32,000 nt of DNA, taken from positions 2,421,127 to 2,453,126 of the forward strand of contig NC_004459.3 of assembly GCF_000039765.1 (NCBI RefSeq), read 5' to 3'. The notes under the pieces were generated by a model. That model was not told the DNA's origin and did no database searches. It saw only the letters and a program-made list of their open reading frames with translations. Shown here piece by piece: positions 26,937 through 32,000 of this stretch. The DNA is from Vibrio vulnificus CMCP6. GTDB taxonomy: Bacteria; Pseudomonadota; Gammaproteobacteria; Enterobacterales; Vibrionaceae. A program made the position numbers and the translations under genes. Position 1 is the stretch's first letter; each line of letters starts with the position of its first letter.

Positions 26937-28241
26937 ATGAGATTATCAATTGAACATCAAGCGACAAGGGTATGTGAAAGTAGTGAATACCTTTTCGGTC
27001 GTGAAGCTTTTGCAAAGAGCTTATTGAATATTTTTTCTAATTCAGAAAGTGGTTTTGTTCTAGCGATTGATGCTACTTGGGGAGCAGGTAAAACAGCTTT
27101 TATTCATCAGTTAATCCACGATCTAAAAGCAACAGAAAAAATTATTCCGATTTACTATGATGCATTTTCCAACGATTTTTCTAATGATACGTTTTTATCT
27201 ATTGGTGCGACTATATTCCATGAAGTCGAAGGCTATTTTGAGTCAACAGGTAAAAGCGTAAAGGTTAAAAAGCAGTTAGAACATCTCAAAGACTTAACAA
27301 AAAAAACCGCAGGAGAGCTGATAAAGTTATCGAGCAATTTAGCCCTTAAATCTTTGACTGCTGGAATGATTGATAACTCAGAATTAGAGAAAATAGCTAT
27401 AAAAACCTTTAATTCGGCGACTTTCGGTACACTAGAACTAGAGTTAAATGAGAAATTCAAAGCATACGAAAATGCTAAATCAAACATCCAATCGTATGTA
27501 GATGCTTTAGAATCAGTTAGCCAAAATGGTGAAAAAGTCATATTTTTCATTGATGAGTTAGATCGATGTCGCCCAGACTTTGCTGTTGAAGTTCTTGAAA
27601 AGGTAAAGCACTTATTTGCTGCTAAGAATGTGATTTTTGTTATTTCTTACAACAAGTCTCAATTGTCAAAGATAATATCTCACGTTTACGGTGTTGAAAA
27701 TAAAGATGCATTGAAGTATCTAGAGAAGTTTATTCATATAGAGGCTAATTTACCAGTTGTTGATGAGAAGTCATCAACAAGCTCTTATGAACAGTTGTTT
27801 GATAGTTTTGTTCGGGAGTTTAATATTGAATTACCAAATCAACAGCAAAGAATTACGTCGCTAAAGAATATGTTTACTTTACTGTGTCAGCCAAAGCACT
27901 TAAATATGAATAGTCGCGAGATCGAAAGGGCGTTTAGTTACGTTAGTTTCTGCTTTGCAGCTCTTCCTAAAGAAAAAGGGTCTTCGCTTTTTGAGTTCTT
28001 TCTACCGGCTGCAATGATGAAAGTAAAAAATAGTGAAATCTTCAATCAGGTATCGGAAGGGCGGTTTTTCTCGACAAGCGCAAACTATAAATGGCTTCAT
28101 GATTTCTTTAAAGAGCACTACAAAAGTTCATTGACTCCCCAAGCGTCGAACGTATTTTATGTAAAGCAGTTTGAAGAAGCGTGTGGCATAGTCTCAATGT
28201 TTAAAATGCCTACTGATGACATCATTGAAGACAAAATATAA
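26937..28241 (+). CDS. KAP-family P-loop NTPase, cassette 14
   Basis: 434 aa with Walker A AIDATWGAGKTAF and the KAP-typical Walker B context VIFFIDELDRCRPDFAVEVLEKVKHLF, then VIFVISYN and YLEKFIHIEANLP. I see no TM insertion between Walker A and B. Confidence 0.75.
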   Translation: MRLSIEHQATRVCESSEYLFGREAFAKSLLNIFSNSESGFVLAIDATWGAGKTAFIHQLIHDLKATEKIIPIYYDAFSNDFSNDTFLSIGATIFHEVEGYFESTGKSVKVKKQLEHLKDLTKKTAGELIKLSSNLALKSLTAGMIDNSELEKIAIKTFNSATFGTLELELNEKFKAYENAKSNIQSYVDALESVSQNGEKVIFFIDELDRCRPDFAVEVLEKVKHLFAAKNVIFVISYNKSQLSKIISHVYGVENKDALKYLEKFIHIEANLPVVDEKSSTSSYEQLFDSFVREFNIELPNQQQRITSLKNMFTLLCQPKHLNMNSREIERAFSYVSFCFAALPKEKGSSLFEFFLPAAMMKVKNSEIFNQVSEGRFFSTSANYKWLHDFFKEHYKSSLTPQASNVFYVKQFEEACGIVSMFKMPTDDIIEDKI

Positions 28242-28330
28242 CAAAGCATTTAAGAGTGATTCGCAACGCTTGGCAGTTTCGCTTCGCTCAAGTATAGCCA
28301 AGCGTCGCTCACACCTTAATGCGGCGTTAG
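28239..28330 (+). repeat. attC 14, short class (92 bp)
   Basis: TAACAAAGCATTTAAGAGTGATTCGCAACGCTTGGC-agtttcgcttcgctcaagtata-GCCAAGCGTCGCTCACACCTTAATGCGGCGTTAG. The ends match the other attCs, but the central region is about 30 bp shorter. Confidence 0.85.
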
Positions 28331-28817
28331 TTTGCAAGAGGAAAAATGCAGCTATATCGCAAGATCTAGTGTAAAGGCTCAAAGTTGAAATTGTCGTATT
28401 GGCGTTCAATTTCAGTGTTAATTAGCGTGGTAAAAATCCAAAATTGGCATCGTTTCAAGGGTAAATTTGTTCTTTGGTGTTGTGAGTTTGGGGTCATTGA
28501 GTCGAACTTTTTTGCTGAAACTCTGCTCTGTGAGTTTGTTGGTACAAAAGCCGATTTACTTGCTGAAAGGATGCTTTCTCAGGTGTGGCAAGTTCACGTG
28601 GTTTCAGTGACTTTGTTGAAAGTCCGCATTGTGAGATTGGTTTTCTAAAAGCGCTTTTTGGTGTTGTGAGTTCGTTTTCTGCGGCGTTGTTTGTTCCACG
28701 TGGTTTCATTGACTAGCCGCTTTGAGACGAAGCCTGACTTAGGTGCATCAAAGCACATAAAGTTTATTGTTCGCAAAGTTTAAAACAACGTAAAATCAAC
28801 CTTTTGGGTCTGCAAAC
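28331..28817 (+). other. ORF-less cassette, family A copy 3
   Basis: Co-linear with 18831-19319 and 20717-21203. Confidence 0.8.
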
Positions 28818-28938
28818 TAACAAACTGCTCAAGAGGGATTCACAACGCGTGGCATTTTTACTATGCGTTGATTTTAGTGATTAAGGTGGTATGCGGCGGC
28901 TTTGGTATTGCGTTGCTCACCCCTTAGCAGGGCGTTAT
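28818..28938 (+). repeat. attC 15 (121 bp)
   Basis: TAACAAACTGCTCAAGAGGGATTCACAACGCGTGGC ... CACCCCTTAGCAGGGCGTTAT. Confidence 0.9.
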
Positions 28939-29293
28939 GCTTAATCACCTAAAATCAGTGGTTTATGGTTTTTCTTTGTTCCCTCGGCTTGTTAGTTTCG
29001 AGTTTGTCGGCAAGTTGGCTTTTTTGAACGCTGCTTTTCGGACACTTATTCTGTGGCGCTGGAAATTCAGAGAATTGCCTCATTCAATTCTCGGGCAAGC
29101 GCGAGGTTGGGGCGGTGGCTCAATCAGAAATCCATTTCTAGGCTTTCAAACTTCAAACTAGATTTGCCAAAATTCCTAACCTGAATATCAAAACTATGAT
29201 TCATTTCAGTTTTCTAAGTTTTGGCTTTTGTTTCTGAATCAAAGTCGAGTTAATCTTGTTCCCAGAAAAACGTAACCCATTGAAGCTTAAGCA
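28939..29293 (+). other. ORF-less cassette, family B copy 4
   Basis: Co-linear with the other B copies but more diverged in its central third. Confidence 0.75.
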
Positions 29294-29415
29294 TAACAAA
29301 GCGTTTAAGTGGGATTTGGCACGCGTGGCATTTTCGGTTTGCGTTGGGTTCGGTGATTAAGTCGCTGTGCGGTAGCTTTTGTATTGCGTGCCTGCACCCC
29401 TTAACGCGGCGTTAG
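29294..29415 (+). repeat. attC 16 (122 bp)
   Basis: TAACAAAGCGTTTAAGTGGGATTTGGCACGCGTGGC ... TGCACCCCTTAACGCGGCGTTAG. Confidence 0.9.
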
Positions 29416-29427
29416 CCGTCATGGAGC

Positions 29428-29462
29428 TTGCTATACTCAAAGTGATAGAATAGTATCACTTT
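29428..29462 (+). promoter_or_regulatory. Cassette-internal sigma70-like promoter with overlapping operator palindrome (TA module)
   Basis: TTGCTA (29428-29433), 17-nt spacer, TAGTAT (29451-29456). The inverted repeat AAAGTGATA (29439-29447) / TATCACTTT (29454-29462) spans the -10 element. Confidence 0.65.
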
Positions 29463-29485
29463 AGTATTTCTTTGGAGCAGCTCTC

Positions 29486-29743
29486 ATGAAAGTAGAACTA
29501 GTTACATCACTCAAACGCCAAGCAACAAAGATCCTTGCCGATCTCCACGACACTAAAGAACCAGTGTTAATTACCGAACATGGTAAGCCATCGGCATATC
29601 TGGTTGATGTTGATGATTACGAGTTTATGCAAAATCGTTTAGCGATTCTTGAGGGGATTGCACGAGGTGAACGTGCATTAGCTGACGGTAAAGTGGTGAG
29701 TCACGATGAAGCCAAGGACAAAATGTCAAAATGGCTGAAATAA
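29486..29743 (+). CDS. Phd/YefM-family antitoxin, cassette 17
   Basis: 85 aa. MKVELVTSLKRQATKILADLHDTKEPVLITEHGKPSAYLVDVDDYE is a typical YefM/Phd N-terminal fold sequence. GGAG SD; overlaps the toxin gene by 13 nt. Confidence 0.85.
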   Translation: MKVELVTSLKRQATKILADLHDTKEPVLITEHGKPSAYLVDVDDYEFMQNRLAILEGIARGERALADGKVVSHDEAKDKMSKWLK

Positions 29744-30033
29744 TCTGGACTGAGCCAGCGCTATCCGACCTCAATGATATCGCTGAATACATCGCACTTG
29801 AAAATATCGTAGCTGCAAAACAATTGGTTCAAGCGATCTTTTCTAAAGTCGAGCGCTTAGAGGCTTTCCCTGAATCGGGTCGCATTCCGCCTGAACTAGA
29901 ACATCTAAGTTATCGTGAAGTTGTAGTTAATCCGTGCCGTATTTTCTATAAACAAGACGGCGACAAAGTATTTATTTTGTTTGTTATGCGTGCTGAGAGA
30001 GACTTGCGTAAGTTCCTATTGAGCAAGCAATAA
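29731..30033 (+). CDS. ParE/RelE-superfamily toxin, cassette 17
   Basis: 100 aa. IIWTEPALSDLNDIAEYIA...FPESGRIPPEL...YREVVVNPCRIFYK...VFILFVMRAERD is typical of ParE-type plasmid-stabilisation toxins. Confidence 0.8.
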   Translation: MAEIIWTEPALSDLNDIAEYIALENIVAAKQLVQAIFSKVERLEAFPESGRIPPELEHLSYREVVVNPCRIFYKQDGDKVFILFVMRAERDLRKFLLSKQ

Positions 30034-30051
30034 CCTTTGGGAATGAACGGC

Positions 30052-30174
30052 TAACAAACTGTTTAAGAGTGATTCGCAACGCGTGGCATTTTTACTATGC
30101 GTTAGGTTTAGTGTTTAAGGTGTGACATGCGGTGGCTTCGGTATTGCGTTGCTCACACCTTAACAGGGCGTTAG
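30052..30174 (+). repeat. attC 17 (123 bp)
   Basis: TAACAAACTGTTTAAGAGTGATTCGCAACGCGTGGC ... CACACCTTAACAGGGCGTTAG. Confidence 0.9.
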
Positions 30175-30601
30175 GCAAAAGGCAGAAAAGTTCTTTGTTC
30201 TAATTTTTTGTTCCCTCTGGCAGTTCGCTTTTCTTAGTCGGCAATCCCGTATTGTCGGCTCTAATTCTTAAATCTCTTCAACCGTAAAACATGCCAAAGT
30301 TCGTGGGTTGCCTCATTGGGTTTCAGTGTTGGTTGGTGTTGAGCTTCACTGGCTCAAAGTGTGGAAAGGGCAAGTTAGTCGAAGCTTTCATTATTGCTGT
30401 CATTTCGCAGCTTTGAATTTCTCAGGTTCAAAAGCTGCTTTGTCGCGGATAAGTCGCATTTCGTGGTTGTTATAAGTGAGGCTGTAACATAGTGACTTCA
30501 GTAGTTCTTGAATCACAAAAAGTCAGTGGGAGATTGGTTGCTTATCGTGTTTAAGGTATTCTGCTTTCAAAGCAAGTTAGTGAGTAAATTAGAAATTTGC
30601 C
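30175..30601 (+). other. ORF-less cassette 18 (distant relative of family B)
   Basis: No ORF of 60 aa or more on either strand. The 5' part shares TTTGTTCCCTC...GTCGGCAA blocks with family B. An internal hairpin lies at 30407-30438. Confidence 0.6.
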
Positions 30602-30693
30602 TAACAAAGCATTTAAGAGTGATTCGCAACGCTTGGCAGTTTCGCTTCGCTCAAGTATAGCCAAGCGCCGCTCACACCTTAATGCGGCGTTAT
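30602..30693 (+). repeat. attC 18, short class (92 bp)
   Basis: Differs from attC 14 at only 2 of 92 positions by eye (GCGTCGC vs GCGCCGC, and the terminal base). Confidence 0.85.
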
Positions 30694-30728
30694 ATTAATC
30701 AAAAAATTCGAGCACAAAAGGAGTTTCT

Positions 30729-31100
30729 ATGAACTATGATGTTATCGCTTTGGCATGTGAACAATTAGATTATCGCGATAAGTTACGCCTTGCACAGTTG
30801 TTAATTCAGACCGCTCGAAAGGAAGAAGAAACAGTTAACCCTCAAGAGCGAATAATAGAATCAAAACCTTCTATTCCTGAAGCTATTGTAGAGGAGAAAG
30901 AAATTGACACTATTTCCTACGTATATGAACGTTTGCTTAAATTAAGACCAGCGAAAGCAAAATCGCTAACGAACTCCATTAAAGCAATGTTTCAGTTTCA
31001 AGGTGGTATTTCTGAAGCAGAAGTTTCCGATATTGTCAGTGAACTCCAACATAGAAAGTTAGTTAAGCTGACTAACAATAAAGTCGATTACAAAGATTAA
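30729..31100 (+). CDS. Hypothetical protein, cassette 19
   Basis: 123-aa ORF with an AAGGAG SD 6 nt upstream. Helical and charged; no motif recognised. Confidence 0.5.
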   Translation: MNYDVIALACEQLDYRDKLRLAQLLIQTARKEEETVNPQERIIESKPSIPEAIVEEKEIDTISYVYERLLKLRPAKAKSLTNSIKAMFQFQGGISEAEVSDIVSELQHRKLVKLTNNKVDYKD

Positions 31101-31102
31101 TA

Positions 31103-31226
31103 TAACAAGCAATTTAAGAGGGATTCACAACGCTTGGCATTTTTGCTTCTACTTCAATTTTAGTGTTTATGGCACAATGATTTAGGTTTGGGTGGAGGCG
31201 TTGTTCACCCCTTAATTGGGCGTTAT
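31103..31226 (+). repeat. attC 19 (124 bp)
   Basis: TAACAAGCAATTTAAGAGGGATTCACAACGCTTGGC ... CACCCCTTAATTGGGCGTTAT. Confidence 0.85.
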
Positions 31227-31241
31227 GTTTTAAGGATAAAA

Positions 31242-31577
31242 ATGAAACATTCAGTTTTTATGAGTTTAGTATTTTTGACTGGGTGTGCTGCTAGTCAGGC
31301 AGCACCAATAGAAGTTCTCAGTTATGAAGCTGATGATAACAATTACACCTTGATAGCTATTAGTGAAAAAAAGCTAACAAGTTCAAATGGTGAAATCGAT
31401 AGTGTTTTCGAGGAAAAAATTAAAGAGCTTTGCCCGTATGGTTATTTAGTTTCGGAACCAACAGAAGATAATGGCCCCGATGGTACATGGCTAAAAAGGC
31501 ACATGGAGTACTATATAATGGCGAACAATGTCAAAAGTGCTCATTCTTACTCTAAAAATGTAAGTTGCACGCTTTGA
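31242..31577 (+). CDS. Small lipoprotein, cassette 20
   Basis: MKHSVFMSLVFLTGCAAS gives a signal peptide plus lipobox L-T-G-C. AAGGA SD 5 nt upstream. The track start at 31188 would lie inside the attC. Confidence 0.6.
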   Translation: MKHSVFMSLVFLTGCAASQAAPIEVLSYEADDNNYTLIAISEKKLTSSNGEIDSVFEEKIKELCPYGYLVSEPTEDNGPDGTWLKRHMEYYIMANNVKSAHSYSKNVSCTL

Positions 31578-31586
31578 TTACAAACA

Positions 31587-31708
31587 TAACAAAGCGTTTA
31601 AGAGGGATTTGGCACGCGTGGCATTTTCGGTTTGCGTTGGGTTCAGTGATTAAGTCGCTGTGCGGTAGCTATTGTAGTGCGTGCCTGCACCCCTTAACGC
31701 GGCGTTAG
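31587..31708 (+). repeat. attC 20 (122 bp)
   Basis: TAACAAAGCGTTTAAGAGGGATTTGGCACGCGTGGC ... TGCACCCCTTAACGCGGCGTTAG. Confidence 0.9.
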
Positions 31709-32000
31709 TACGGGTTTGACATCAAAGGTCATAAGTTCTGGTGTTTATCTGTTTTGGCGCTCGTATTTACACCTTTCAGTTAGTGCCTTTCACGATCTTT
31801 CCGGTGGCACTATATGCGGAGTGCTCGCTTTGATTTCACCGTCTACGGCTTCTAACTCTTAGCCTATTTCTTTGGCGCTTCTTCATTTTCGTGGTGTTTT
31901 TTGAGAGAGCCTTGATTACTTTTGGTGTGGCTGTTGAAGTACGAGGAAAGAATCCTTTTTTAATTTAAAGCCAGTGAAAGTAGGGCAGTTCAGTGCATTT
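31709..32000 (+). other. Cassette 21, partial, no ORF so far
   Basis: 292 nt with no ORF of 60 aa or more. Contains a TTCTTTGGCGCT block also present in family B. Truncated by the window edge. Confidence 0.5.

Larger units (their letters stand above)
18376..32000 (+). mobile_element. Chromosomal integron cassette array (20 complete cassettes plus 1 partial; continues beyond the window)
   Basis: 20 attC repeats, all in one orientation, separated by 0.24-1.3 kb of cassette sequence. All credible ORFs are co-oriented. The integrase and attI lie at the proximal end. Confidence 0.95.

Noticed and set aside
31188-31241. Upstream start of the cassette 20 ORF
   Set aside because: It would be translated from within attC 19. 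ATG 31242 has an SD and yields a clean lipoprotein signal peptide.
18710-31708. Regularly recurring ~120-bp repeats that might be taken for a CRISPR array
   Set aside because: The repeats are far too long and are imperfect internal palindromes with conserved TAAC/GTTA ends. The intervening sequences are 0.24-1.3 kb and contain genes. An integron integrase, not cas genes, is adjacent. These are attC sites.

Overview
Vibrionaceae-type chromosomal window in two parts. (1) 1-17.18 kb is conserved core genome: the 3' part of a ydiJ-like FAD/Fe-S oxidoreductase, an ICMT/PEMT-like membrane methyltransferase, a trypsin-like secreted protease with a GlyGly-CTERM sorting tail, a MaoC/hotdog-like protein, the histidine-utilisation cluster hutH-hutU-hutG-hutI plus repressor hutC (all minus strand), a Spo0M-like protein, a putative outer-membrane barrel protein, and thrS-infC-rpmI-rplT. 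(2) From 17.19 kb to the window end is a sedentary chromosomal integron (superintegron). It has an integron integrase (minus strand), a LexA-box-like site, attI, and 20 complete plus 1 partial co-oriented cassettes. The cassettes are separated by VCR-like attC repeats: eighteen of 121-124 bp, two of 92 bp, and one 14-bp remnant. Every cassette boundary could be checked internally: the first 9-12 nt of each cassette are the reverse complement of the nt ending in TAAC of its own attC. Cassette cargo includes a HEPN-motif protein, a PD-(D/E)xK-motif protein, an Abi-alpha/DUF4393-like protein, a KAP-type P-loop NTPase, a YefM/Phd-ParE toxin-antitoxin pair with its own promoter/operator, a DJ-1/PfpI protein, a VF530/DUF2132-like protein, a split HExxH metalloprotease, and several small membrane proteins or lipoproteins. 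Eight of the 21 cassettes have no credible ORF. Most belong to two recurrent families, A (3 copies) and B (4 copies, two fused after loss of the intervening attC). These ORF-less families are the most interesting unexplained signal. No tRNA, rRNA or CRISPR array was recognised. All function calls rest on motifs read from the translations and on synteny, not on database searches.
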